Shown piece after piece: positions 25,181 through 37,135 of a stretch of 64,000 nt of DNA (position 1 is its first letter; each line of letters opens with the position of its first letter). The notes beneath the pieces are model-generated. The model had not been told where the DNA came from, did not search any database, and saw nothing but the letters and a program-made list of their open reading frames with translations. Origin of the DNA: Mobula hypostoma (taxonomy: Eukaryota); assembly GCF_963921235.1 (NCBI RefSeq), contig NC_086097.1, positions 93,994,001 through 94,058,000 of the forward strand, in the 5' to 3' direction. Made by a program: the position numbers and the translations under genes.

Positions 25181-28100
25181 GGGTCTGTACTCGCTGGAAT
25201 TTAGAAGGATGAGGGGGGATCTCATTGAAACCTTTCGAATGTTGAAAAGCCTGGACAGAATAGATGTGAAAAGGATGTTTCCCATGGTGGGGGAGTCTAG
25301 GACAAGAAGGCACAGCCTCAGGATAGTGGGGCATGGGGAGGGAGTGTCCATTTAAAGCAGAGATGCCGAGTAATTTCTTTAGTAAGAAGGTGGTGAATTT
25401 GTGGAATTTGTTACCACAGGCAGCTGTGGAGGCCAGGTCATTGGGTATATAAGGCAGAGATTGATAGGTTCTTGACTGGCTACGGCATCAAAGGTTATGG
25501 GGAGTAGGGCTGAGGAGGGGGATAAAAGGATCAGCCATGTTATTTCTTCAGCGGTTTAATCGGGGCACGACTGCGTAAGCACATGGACGTCAGCCAGTGA
25601 GGAGGTGATAGAGAGGAGCTGTAGGCAGGTGGTCACACCAGGGCCTGGGGAGACAGATAAGTGGGTAACAGTCAGGAGAGGGAAGGGCAGGAGTCAGAGG
25701 TTAGAGAGCACTCCTGTGGCTGTACCCCTGTTGAGTACTGTTGGGGGGGATGGCCTCCCTGGGGGAAGCAACAGTGCCCGCGCCTCTGGCACACAGTCTG
25801 GCCCTGTGGCTCAAAAGGGTAGGGAAAGGAAGAGGATGACAACAGTGATAGGGGACTCTATAGTTAGGGGATCAGACAGGCGATTCTGTGGATGCAGGAA
25901 AGAAGCACGGATGGTAGTTTGCCTCCCAGGTGCCAGGGTCCAGGATGTTTCTGATCGCGTCCACAATATCCTGAAGTTGGAAGGCTATTGGGAGAGTTTA
26001 AACTAGGATTGCTGAGGTGTGGGAACCAAACTGAAGAGATGGAAGATGAGGCAGTTGGCTCACAAATAGAGAAAGCTTGGAGACAGTGTGAGAGGGAAGA
26101 TAGGCAGGTGATGGAGAAGGGACACGCTCAGACCGATGGTTTGAGATGTGTCTATTTTAATGCAAGGAGTATTATGAACAAAGCGGATGAGCTTAGAGTG
26201 TGGATCAGTACTTGGAGCTATGATGGTGTGGCCATTACAGAGACTTGGATGGCTCAGGGACAGGAATGGTTACTTCGAGTGCCAGGCTTTAGCTGTTTCA
26301 GAAAGGACAGTGAGGGAGGCAAAAGAGGTGGGGGCATGGCAATGTTGATCAGAGATAGTGCCACAGCTGCAGAAAAGGAGGAAGACATGGAGGGATTGTC
26401 TCTGGAGTCTCTGTGGGTAGAAGTTAGGAACAGGAAGGGGTCAATAACTCTACTAGGTGTTTTTTATAGACCACCCAATAGTAACAGAGATATCGAGGAG
26501 CAGATAGGGAGACAGATTCTGGAAAGGTGTAATAATAACAAGTTGTTGTGGTGGGAGATTTTAATTTCCTAAATAGACCAAGGAGTTTAAATGGGGTGGA
26601 GTTTGTTAAGTGTGTTCAAGGTGGTTTCTTGACACAATATGTAGTAAACCCACAAGAGGAGAAGCTGTATTTGATCTGGTATTGGGAAATGAACCTGGTC
26701 AGGTGTCAGGTCTCTCAGTGGGAGAGCATTTTGGAGATAGTGATAACAATTCTATCTCCTTTACCATAGCGTTGGAGAGGGACAGGAACAGACAAGTTAA
26801 GAAAGTGTTTAATTGGAGTAAGGGGAAATATGAGGATATCAGGCAAGAACTTGGAAGCATAAATTGGGAACAGATGTTCTCAGGGAAATGTACGGAAGAA
26901 ATGTGGCAAATTTCAGGGGATATTTGCGTGGAATTGTGCATAGGTATGCTCCAATGAGACAGGGAAAGGATGGTAGGGTACAGGAACCGTGGTGTACATA
27001 GGCTGTTGTAAATCTAGTCAAGAAGAAGAGAAGAGCTTACGAAATGTTAAAAAAAAAGGTAATGATAGAGATCTAGAAGATTATAAGGCTAGCAGAAAGG
27101 AGATTAAGAAAGAAATTAGGAGAGCCAGAAGGGGCCATGAGAAGGCCTTGGCAGATAGGAGTAAGGAAAACCCCAAGGCGTTCTACAAGTATGTGAAGAG
27201 CAAGAGGATAAGATGTGAGAGAATAGGACCAATCAAGTGTGACAGTGGAAAAGTGTGTATGGAACCGGGGAACCGGAGGAGATAGCAGAGGTACTTAATG
27301 AGTACTTCGCTTCAGTATTCACTACAGCAAAGGATCTTGGCAATTGTAGGGATGACTTAGAGCAAACTGAAAAGCTTGAGCATATAGATATTAAGAAAGA
27401 GGATGTGCTGGAGCTTTTGGAAAGCATCAAGTTGGATAAGTCACTGGGACCAGACGAGATGTACCCCAGGCTACTGTGGAAGGTGAGGGAGAAGATTGCT
27501 GAGCCTCTGGCGATAATCTTTGCATCATCAATAGGGACAGGGGAGATTCCAGAGGATTGGTGGGTTGTGGATGTTGTTCCATTATTCAAGAAGGGAGTAG
27601 AGATAGCCCAGAAAATTATAGACCAGTGAGTCTTTCTTCAGTGGTTGGTAAGTTGATGGAGAAGATCCTGAGATGCAGGACTATGAGCATTTGGAGAGGC
27701 ATAATATGATTAGGAGTAGTCAGCATGGCTTTGTGAAAGGCAGGTCGTGCCTTACGAGCCTGAATGATTTTTTTGAGGATGTGACTGACACATTGATGAA
27801 GGTAGAGCAGTAGATGTAGTGTATATGGATTTCAGCAAGGCATTTAACAAGGTACCCCATGCAAGGCTTATTGAGAAAGTAAGGAGGCATGGGATCCAAG
27901 GGGACATTGCTTCGTGGATTCAGAATTGGCTTTCCCACAGAAGGCAAAAAGTGGTTGTAGACGGGCCATATTCTGCATGAAGGTCGGTGACCAGTGGTGT
28001 GCCTCAGGGATCTGTTCTGGGACCCCTACTCTTTGTGATTTTTGTAAATGACCTGGATGAGGAAGTGGAGGGATGCGTTAGTAAATTTACTGATGACACA

Positions 28101-29052
28101 AAGGTTGGGGGTGTTGTAGATAGTGTGGAGGGCTGTCAGAGGTTGCAGCGGTTCATTGATAGGATGCAAAACTGGGCTGAGAAGTGGCAAATGGAGTTCA
28201 ACCCAGATGAGTGTGAGGTGGTTCACTTTGGTAGGTCAAATATGATGACAGAATATAGTATTAATGGTAAGACTCTTTGCAGTATGGAGGATCAGAGGGA
28301 TTTTGGGGTCCGAGTCCATAGGCCACTCAAAGCTGCTGTGCAGGTTGAACTGTGGTTAAGAAAGAATATGGTGCATTGGCCTTCATCAATCATGGGATTG
28401 AGTTTAGGAGCTGAGAGGTAATGTTGCAGCTATATAGGACCCTGGTCAGACCCCTCTTGGAGTACTGTGCTCAGTTCTGGTCGCTTCAGTACAGGAAGGA
28501 TGTGGAAACAATAGAAAGGGTGCAGAGGAGATTTACCGGGATGCTGCCTGGATTGGGGAGCATGCCTTATGAGAATAGGTTGAGTGAACTCGGCCTTTTT
28601 TTCCTTGGAGCGACGGAGGATGAGAGGTGACCTATTATAGAGGTGTATAAGATGATGAGAGGCATTTATCTTATGGATAGTCAGAGGCTTTTTCCCAGGA
28701 CTGAAATGGCTAGCACGAGAGGGCATAGTTTTAAGCTGCTTCGAAGTAGGTACAGAGGAGATGTCAGGGGTAAGATTTTTTACGCAGAGAGTGGTGAGTG
28801 CATGGAATGGGCTGCTAGCGATGGTGGTGGAGGTGGATATGATAGGGTTTTTTAAGGGACTCCTGGACAGGTACATGGGGCTCAGGAAAATAGAGGGCTG
28901 TGGGTAACCCTAGGTAATTTCTAAGGTAAGGACATGTTTGGCACAGCTTTGTGGGCCGACAGGCCTGCATTGTGCTGTAGGTTTTGTATGATTGAATAGT
29001 GAAGCAGACTCAATGGGCCAAATGGCCTAATTCTGCTCCTATGTCTAATGGT
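25181..29052 (+). mobile_element. CR1 3' fragment split into 25181-25540 and 28991-29052
   Basis: ggatcagccatg|...|attgaatagtgaagcagactc rejoins a CR1 3' UTR ending ctcctatgtctaatggt. Confidence 0.8.
25541..28990 (+). mobile_element. Relatively young CR1 with partial ORF1 and frameshifted ORF2
   Basis: ORF1 esterase VIGDSIVR; YFNARSI, AITETW, FYRPP; GVPQGSVLGP, KFTDDTK; same subfamily as 3924-7047. Confidence 0.92.
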
Positions 29053-29098
29053 GATCAGATCTTCACGTGTCCTAAAACTAGATAAATAGAACTTAATT

Positions 29099-29989
29099 CA
29101 AAGGTTTCAAAGGTGCACTTAATGTCAGAGAAATGTATGCAACATGCATCCTAAAATGCTTTTTCTTTGCAACTATCCACAAAAACAGAGGAGTGCCCCC
29201 AAAGATGAATGACAGTTAAATGTTAGAACCCCAAATCCCCCTGCAGCTTCCCTCCACCAGCAAAAAAAAGAATCAGCACCCACCTCTGAGCACTCAGGCG
29301 TGCAGCAAAACAACAGCAAAGACACAGACTTGCAGTACCCCAAAGACTACTCGTTCACCCAGTATTCGACAAACCACAGGTGCGCGCACGCGCGCTCTCT
29401 CTCTCTCTCTGTGTCTCTGTCTCTCTCTGTCTCTGTCTCTCTCTTTGTCTCTCTCTCTCTGTCTCTGTCTCTGTGTGTGTCTCTCTCTCTGTCTCTCTCT
29501 CTCTGTCTCTCTCTCTCTGTCTCTCTCTCTCTCTCTCGCTCTCTCTCTGTCTCTGTTTCACAGCGAGAGGGGAGACATAACAAACAGCTCACTGGTTTAT
29601 GATGTTAATAGTCCATTGCATAATTTTTTCTGAGCTCTGTGCCCAAAGACCTCAGGTCTCTGGGCACACAGCCATAGATCTTTCAACTCCCAGAACACAC
29701 CGATCTCCTGCCAGGACACCGACCTTCGATCCACCTGTCTCCAGAGCCATGAGATCTCGGACTTCCGAAAGCGAGCTGAGCTCTTAGGCTGTGTCTTTGG
29801 CGTGCCGAATAATGGGCAGCCATGAAACCCCAAGATGGGGTCCCATTCCCACAAAGAACCGAAGTCAGCGTGTAACTCCAGGTCAGGGTCTTTAAAAGAG
29901 CCCTGAAAGGGAAAAATAGAGACATTAAAGATGGAAATAGAGCCATTTCCAACGATGCAAGCAAAGGAGTCGCCATTTAGTGCCATCAT
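29099..29989 (-). mobile_element. Non-coding retroposon with internal (GA)n tract, inserted in the Tc1 TIR
   Basis: TIR rejoins across it (possible AATT TSD); minus-strand 5' ATGATGGCACTAAATGGCG; tail CCTTTGAAACCTTTG; no credible ORF. Confidence 0.65.
29395..29555. repeat. Compound (TC)n/(TCTG)n microsatellite
   Basis: Direct reading. Confidence 0.95.
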
Positions 29990-31383
29990 GAATTAAATAA
30001 GTAACAAAAAAAATTATACTTTTTCATTTATCTGTTAGAAAAATAATGCAATATTACTTAGATTTGTTGGAAAAAGTATGTGAACCTTTGCTTTAGTAAC
30101 TGTTGATCAGTCCTGAACGTCGGCTTGGAGGAATTTTAGGCCATTCCTCCTTACAAAACTGCTACAACTCTCGGATGTTGGTGGGCTTCCTTGTATGAAC
30201 TGCTTGCTTCAGGTCCTTTCACAACAACATTTCTATAGGATTAAGGTCAGGACTTGACTCGTTCATTCCAAAACACGCATTTACTTCTTTTTAAACCATT
30301 CTGTTGTTGATTTATTCTTGCCTTTCAGATCGTTGTCTTGTTGCATTATCCAACTTCTATTAAGTTTCAGATGATGGACTGCTACCCTGATATTCTCCTG
30401 TAAAATGTCTTGTTACAGTTTTGAATTCATTGTTCCCTCAATGATTGCAAGCTGACCAGGCCCCAAGGCAGTAAAGCAGCCCGAAACCATGATGTTTCTT
30501 CTACCGTGCTTCACAGTTGGGGTGAGATTTTGGTGTTGGTGTCCAGTCCCCTTTTCCTCCAAACATAGCAATCTGCATTTCTGCCAAAAAGTTCAACTTT
30601 TGTCTCATTTGTCCATAGAGCATTGTCCCAGAAGTGTTGTGGAATATCCAGGTGGTCTTTTGCAAACTTGAGACATACAACAAATGTTTTTTTTGGAGAG
30701 CAGTTGTTTCCTCCAAGGTGTCATTCCATGAACACCATTCTTGTTCAGTGTTTTTCTTATAGTGGACACATGAACAGAGACTTTACCAAGTTCTACAGAT
30801 TTCTGCAGGTCTTTTGCTGTTCCCCTTGGGTTCTTTTTCCACTTCTCAGCATTGTATGGTGTGCTTTTGGTGTGATCTTTGCAGGATGCCCACTCTTTGG
30901 GAGAGGTAGCAACAGTACTGAGTTTCTTTCATTTGTAGACAATTTCTCTTACTGAGGACTGATGAACACTCAGGTCTTTAGAAATGCTTTTATAGCCTTT
31001 CCCAGCTTCATGCATCTCTACAATTCTAAGGTCCTCTGAAAGTTGTTTTGATCGAGGCATAGTACACATAAACAGATCTTTCTTGGGCAGGGCACCTCTA
31101 CAAATCACATCTCCAATCTAATCTCATTGATTGGTACACCTCACTCCAAATAGCTTTTGTAGAAGGCATTACCCTCAGAGGCTCACATACTTTTTCCAAC
31201 AAATACATGTAATATTGGATCATTTTTCTGGATAAGTAAATGAACAAGTATAACGTTTTGTGTTATTTGATTGAATTCTCTCCAACTAGTTTAAGGCTTG
31301 TGTGAAGATCTGATCACATTTTGGGACATACGTAGAAATGGTGAAAATTCTGAAGTGTCCACAAACTTCCTAGCACCACTGTA

Positions 31384-32336
31384 TGTCATGAAATTTGTTA
31401 ACTTTGAGGTAGCATACTATGCAGTACATCATAATATAGGAGCCAAACTGTGAATTACAATAAGTATATATTTTAAGTAGTTAAATTTAATAAGTAGTGG
31501 AAAAACTGAAATAAAAACATTAATGAGGTCTCATGTCCATCGGTTCAATGTCCATTTAGGAATTGGATGGCAGAGGAGAAGAAGCTGTTCTTGATTCATT
31601 GAATGTGTGCCTTCAGGCTTCTGTACCTCCTTCCTGATGGTAGCAGTGAGAAAAGGCATGACCTGCGTGATGGGGGCCCTTAATAAAGGATGCCACCTTT
31701 TTGAGGCATCACTCCTTGAAGATGTCCTCGATTCTACAGAGGCTAGTGATCATGATGGAGCTGACTGAGTTGACAACTTTCTGGAGCTTATTTCGATCCT
31801 GTACAGCAACCACCCCTCCCCCCCCCCCTTCTTTCCACCCTCCCCCCTTCTTTCCACCCTCCCCCCTTCTTTCCACCCTCCCCCCTTCTTTCCACCCTCC
31901 CCCCTTCTTTCCCCCCTCCCCCCCTTCTTTCCCCCTCCCCCCCTTCTTTCCCCCCTCCCCCCCTTCTTTCCCCCCTCCCCCCCTTCTTTCCCCCCTCCCC
32001 CCTTCTTTCCCCCCTCCCCCCTTCTTTCCCCCCTCCCCCCTTCTTTCCCCCCTCCCCCCTTCTTTCCCCCCTCCCCCCTTCTTTCCACCCCCCCTTCTTT
32101 CCCCCCTCCCCCCTTCTTTTCCCCCTCCCCCCTTCTTTTCCCCCCTCCCCCTTCATACCAAATAGTGATGCTGCCAGTGAAAGTGCTGTCCAGGGTACAT
32201 CTGTAGAAATGTACATGTTTTAGGTGACATCCTCAAACTCCTAATGAAATATAGTGCCCTCTGCCTTCTTTATAGTTGCGCCTATATGTTGGGTCCAAAT
32301 TAGGTTCTCGGAGATATTGACACCCAGGAACTTGAA
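31384..32336 (-). mobile_element. Rex1-type 3' fragment; its tail continues at 25076-25110
   Basis: Homologous to 9580-10190; caccagcaTA|Tc1|TAtgtcatgaaatttg restores the 3' UTR. Confidence 0.82.
31811..32154. repeat. Polypyrimidine minisatellite, unit about CCCCCTCCCCCCTTCTTT
   Basis: About 340 bp with no G and very few A on +. Confidence 0.95.
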
Positions 32337-32984
32337 ATAGTCAATGTTTAAGGTCTCAAAAAATCTTAATGACTTGGTTCAAGGTGCATTATACTAAGTC
32401 ATATGGATAGATACAAATTTATTTTAAACATAATATATCAAGGTTGAGTTAATTGGTCCTAGTCAAACCAGTATTGTCGAAAGTGAACATTTAAGAGCAA
32501 ACTCACAACTGGTGATGCTATACATTGACTCTGGTACACAAAAGAAATTGGGCAAATGAGAAAAGTATTAGTTGAGTAAATATTATGAATTACAATTCTG
32601 TGCCTGATAGCACACTAGAAGCAGATTCAATTAATAAGCAACAAGTATATTGAATACTTAAAATCCTGTGAATGAAAAGGAATGACTGAAATCAATAGTA
32701 GCTCTTGCAATGTGCTGTTACTTTGGGCTGAATGCTGTTACCTGTGGAGCTAAATAGACACGGTGGCTAGGCCTTGGCAAAATGGAAAGTAGTGAATCTG
32801 CCTGCAGCGACCCAACTACACCTCAGCTATGTCATTGTTCCTTAGAGTAGGAATGCAATTGATAAAGCAGCATTTATTGGCCTCTCCTGTGAAAATCGCT
32901 GATAACATTGTCTCGAACTGCAGTGATGTAGATTTGCTACAACTTTAGTTTGCTCGTCCACTCCTCACAAGTCATTCCTGTTAT

Positions 32985-33430
32985 TCCAAGTCAAAGTCAA
33001 GTTTATTGTACATGAATGCATAGGTGCAATGAAAATCTTAGTTGTAGCAGCATCATAGACTCATGGCATCATATAAGCAGCATTCACAAGACAAATGTTA
33101 AACATAAGTTATACAGGGTACACACTTTTTACACGAAAAACACAATTAGAACAAAAATAGATGAAGTATTCTGTAGTGCAAAGTGATCAAAAGTGGTCAT
33201 AGCACTGCTACACTAAGACAATGATTATGGTTGTGTCAATTGTCTGAAGAGCTGTTCTTGAACCTGGTAGAATGTATGGGACTTCAGGTTTCAGTATCTC
33301 CTGTCCAATGGTAGTTGCAAGAAGATGCCGTAGCCCAGATAGTAGGGATATTTGATGATAGCTATTACCTTTTTGTGGCATCTTCTCATGTAGATACTAT
33401 TGACGTAGGGAAAATTGTGTCTATGATGTA
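32985..33430 (-). mobile_element. Old LINE 3' end (Rex1/L2-like); related piece at about 61995-62180
   Basis: Reverse tail aagtcaaagtcaagtttattg; agagctgttcttgaacctgg as in other Rex1 ends. Confidence 0.55.
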
Positions 33431-34155
33431 TTGTGATGCTCTCTGTAGATTATTGTGTTGAGGGAGTGAAAAGGAATGAATTTCAGAAATAGACTTCCTT
33501 CTCCGAGTGAATAGTTTGATTTTTCTGATAGTCCTGTGGCTTTGTAGTCACTTTCATTGTGACAGCACTTCACTTCCAGAACTATTGGTACTGTATTCCT
33601 GTTCTCAAATTGCTTTAATAAGGTTTCAGCTCTAATTTCCTGCATTATTAGTCCTGTAATTTAATTAATGTATTTAAATTCATGAGTCAATGACTTTGAA
33701 ATTGGATGATTAAAAAAGTTACAGTTGATGTGTTTGCATCACTGCATGTGGATATGCCTCTGATTTTTATTCCCCACAGTATATAAAAAATATACCTCTT
33801 TACAAGTTTTTATAGAACATAGAATAATACAGTATAAGAACAAGCCCTTCAGCCCACAATGTGATGCTGAACCAATTAAATTAGTAATCAAAAGGCCATC
33901 TAAACTTATCCCTTCAGTCTACACAATGTCGATATCCTTCCATTTTCCTCACATTTATGTATCTATCTAAACATCTCTGATGTATCTGCCTCGACCACCA
34001 CCCTAGGCCACACATTCCAAGCATCCACCACTCTCTGTGTATTAAACAAAAATTTGCCCCTCACATCTCCTTTGAAATTACCCCCTCTCAGCTTAAATAC
34101 ATGCCTCTGGTATCAGACATTTCAAACCTGTACAAAAGATACAGATTGTCTACGC

Positions 34156-35300
34156 CAAGGATGGCCAACCTACAGCGCATGCGGTAAAAGTGGCGCATTG
34201 GATGATTAGAAATGGCACGTTGCACCCCAGTGATAATAATAAAAAAGTAAACCCATTCATGCAAAAAGTATTAACCAAAAACCGATTTGTAGAAAAAAAA
34301 TCTATAACAGGAATTCAAGTAGTTTAGAGCCAGAAATGGGTTTTACTGAGAATAAATCTAAAACTTAGCAATTATTTTTAGTGATTTTATTATTTCGTGC
34401 ACATCTTTTGGTGAATGTTATCTTCTTTCACATTAATCTGTTTTCAATTTTAAAAAATGTTCAATGAATCAAACTAGGAAAGAAGGACTTTTGTTCTGCG
34501 GTCATTACACAACTGTTCAATACACGTTTGATACTTGTTTGATCCTGAGGCGCCAGGCGTCTGCACCAGCAGTGCGTCGCTGGTTTTTGCCAGTCAGTTT
34601 ACAATTGACACTCGTGCACTACGGAGTTGTGCCTTGTTCGTCCTTTGTGAACATTTGCAGTTTTGTACTTTTTCAAAAATTAAGCCTTGTTTTTACATTC
34701 AGTTACCCACCACAGTGCAAAAGAAAAGCAGAAAATGATGGTAAGCGTGAATTCAATGAACAGTGCGAAACGAGTTCTATTTATAGCGGGTCTGTCAGGA
34801 AAACCTTTGTGCATTGTTTGTGAAAACATTTTCAGCCATGAAATTGATTAAAAACAAAATAAGGTCACGATTGACTGATACAAATTTGAAGAATTCTCTG
34901 CTGCTCTCAGTAACTAATTTAACTCCAAACATTAAAAGCTTGGCGAAATCAAAGCAGACTCAAAAGTCTCATTAAGGTAAGTAATGCTTATCTTGTTTTT
35001 ATGTTAAATCTATATATCATGTAAAAATGCTAAATATGTCTATACAGGTTGACCTTCACTAATCCGGCACCACTGGGACCTGAGGAGTGCCGGATTAGTG
35101 AAAATGCCGAATTACAGAAGGATCACATTAAGTATAATCAGTGCCAGATTATGGAAGGAACCGGATTACAGGTAGTCGGATTAGTGAAGGTCGACCTGTA
35201 TTAACATATTTTTACAAGAATTGAATGAGGGTACAAGAGTTGTATGGCTCATCTGAACTAGTGCATGAAAAAATTGATACATGGAACGTAAAAGATTGGC
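34156..35300 (+). mobile_element. Internally deleted hAT transposon (Charlie/SPIN/GTF2IRD2-like)
   Basis: Left TIR CAAGGATGGCCAACC; N-terminal KRKAENDGKREFNEQ; C-terminal FSAMKLIKNKIRSRLTDTNLKNSLLLSVTNLTPNIKSLAKSKQTQKSH*; right TIR eroded. Confidence 0.78.
35045..35198. mobile_element. 154-bp Tigger/pogo-type MITE nested in the hAT
   Basis: TA|CAGGTTGACCTTCACTAATCCG ... CGGATTAGTGAAGGTCGACCTG|TA. Confidence 0.9.
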
Positions 35301-36159
35301 ACTATCTGTGCCTCTCATAATCTTATGAATTTCTATCAAATCTCCCCTCAGCCTCTGCCACTCCGGATAAAGCAAGTTTGTCCAACCTTTTGTTGTAGCA
35401 CATACTCTGTAATCCAAGCAGCATTCTTGTAAACTTCTTCTGTACCCTCTCAACGCCTAACTGAAGTTTTATAAAGCTGCCACACAATTTCCTAACCTTT
35501 GAACTCAATGCCTTGACTAATAAGAGCAAACATGCCGTATGCCTTCTTAACCACCATATCAACCTGTGTAGCCACTTTCAGGGAGCGAAGAACTTGGACC
35601 CCAAGATCCCTCTGCTCATCAATACAGTTAAGGGTTTCCATCTCTTACATTTGATCTACCAAGATGCAACACTTCAGATTTGGCCGGGTTAAACTCCATC
35701 TGCTATTTCTCCATCCATATCTACACCCTGCTGTATTCTTTGCCAGTTGCCTACGCTATCCACAACACCACCAATCTGCAAACTTACTAACCCAACTATG
35801 TATATCTTCATCCAGGTCAATTAAATACGTTACAAACAGCAGAGGTTCCAGTACAGATCTCTGCCAGACAACACTAATTACAACTGAACACCACTAATCA
35901 CAGACCTCCAGCTAAGATAGTTCCCTTCAACCACTACCATATGTCTTCTCTGGGCAAGCAGGTTCTAAATCTAAATGGCCAATTCACCTTGGATACCAAG
36001 CATCTTAATCTTCTGGATGAGCCTCCTATGAGGGACTTTGTCAAATGCCTTACTAAATCCCATGTAAGCAACATCCACAGCTCTACCCTCATCAGTCACC
36101 CTTATCACCTCGTCAAAAAACTCATTCAAGTTAGTTAAATATGACTTGCCCCACACAAG

Positions 36160-36625
36160 TAGTGGATGTGGCCTAGTCAATCATGGGTAAAACACTCCAC
36201 ACCATTAAGTGCATCTACACGAAGTGTTATCACAGGAAAGCAGCATCAATCATCAGGGAACCCCACCACCTTGGACGTGCTTTCTTCTCTCTGCTGCCAT
36301 CAGGATGAAGGTACAAAAGCTTCAGGATTTGCACCACCAGGTTCAGGAACAGTTATTACCCCTGAACCATCAGGCTCTTGAACCAGATGGATGGCTTCAC
36401 TCAACACTTGTCCCATCGTTGAGGTGTTCCTACAACCTATGAACCCACTTTCAAGGACTCTTCATCTCATGTTCTTGATGTTTATTGCTTATTTATTATT
36501 TATTTCTATTTGTACTTGCACAGTTTGTTGTTTTATGCACACTGGTTAAATGCCCAAGTTGGTGCGGTCTTCATTTATTCTATTATGGATTTATTGAGTA
36601 TGCCCACAAGAAGATGAATTAGGGT
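36160..36625 (+). mobile_element. LINE 3' fragment (Rex1/L2-like); relatives at about 40940-41300 and 41780-42740
   Basis: Shared caccaccaggttcaggaacagttattaccc and actttcaaggactcttcatctc motifs. Confidence 0.65.
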
Positions 36626-36627
36626 TT

Positions 36628-37135
36628 CAAGATGGCAACAACGATCATCGGCAACTTTCTTTGGGCTACAGAAAATTGTTCCAGATTTCCTCTTAAGTAT
36701 ACTACTTTTGAATTACTTTCACTGCAACCTGCAGCATGTAAATATCCTGTTAACAACAGAATTCTCAATGACATCAATGATCTTCAGATCTCATGATGGA
36801 TGATAAGACGTGGAGTTAAATGCAGTACCTTTAAGGGTCACTGCCATGGCTGAAAACGTGGCAGGAGAGCAGGGATCCAATTCAGGCTGAAATGCAGAGG
36901 GATGAGGCCTCCGCTACCAAGCACCTTGTTGCCAAATGTGCAGTCGCTAGAAAATAAGATTGACGGTCTCAGGGCAAGGCTGCTGTATCAGAGGCAGGTG
37001 AGGCAGATCTCAGTTGTTTGCTGTACCAAGGTGTGGCTGTCCGTTGACACAATGGATGCAGCGGTCAGACCAGAAGGATTTATAATTTTCAAAATGGATT
37101 TTTCCGTGAACTCTGCTAAGGAAAATGGTGGGATA
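36628..37135 (+). mobile_element. Rex1-type 5' end (UTR and start of endonuclease)
   Basis: Starts CAAGATGGC; PPLPSTLLPNVQSLENKIDGLRARL parallels 16835-17060. Confidence 0.7.

Larger units (their letters stand above)
25111..31381 (-). mobile_element. Tc1/mariner transposon with both TIRs, internally deleted, carrying nested insertions
   Basis: TA|CAGTGGTGCTAGAAAGTTTGTG ... CACAAACTTCCTAGCACCACTG|TA; long TIRs; minus-strand transposase remnant about 30100-30950 (WTNETKVELFG, QDNDLK). Confidence 0.9.

Noticed and set aside
29220..29633. SL- and ER-repeat ORFs
   Set aside because: Translations of the (TC)n microsatellite
31701..32216. Pro-rich and Gly/Arg-rich ORFs
   Set aside because: Translations of the stop-free minisatellite
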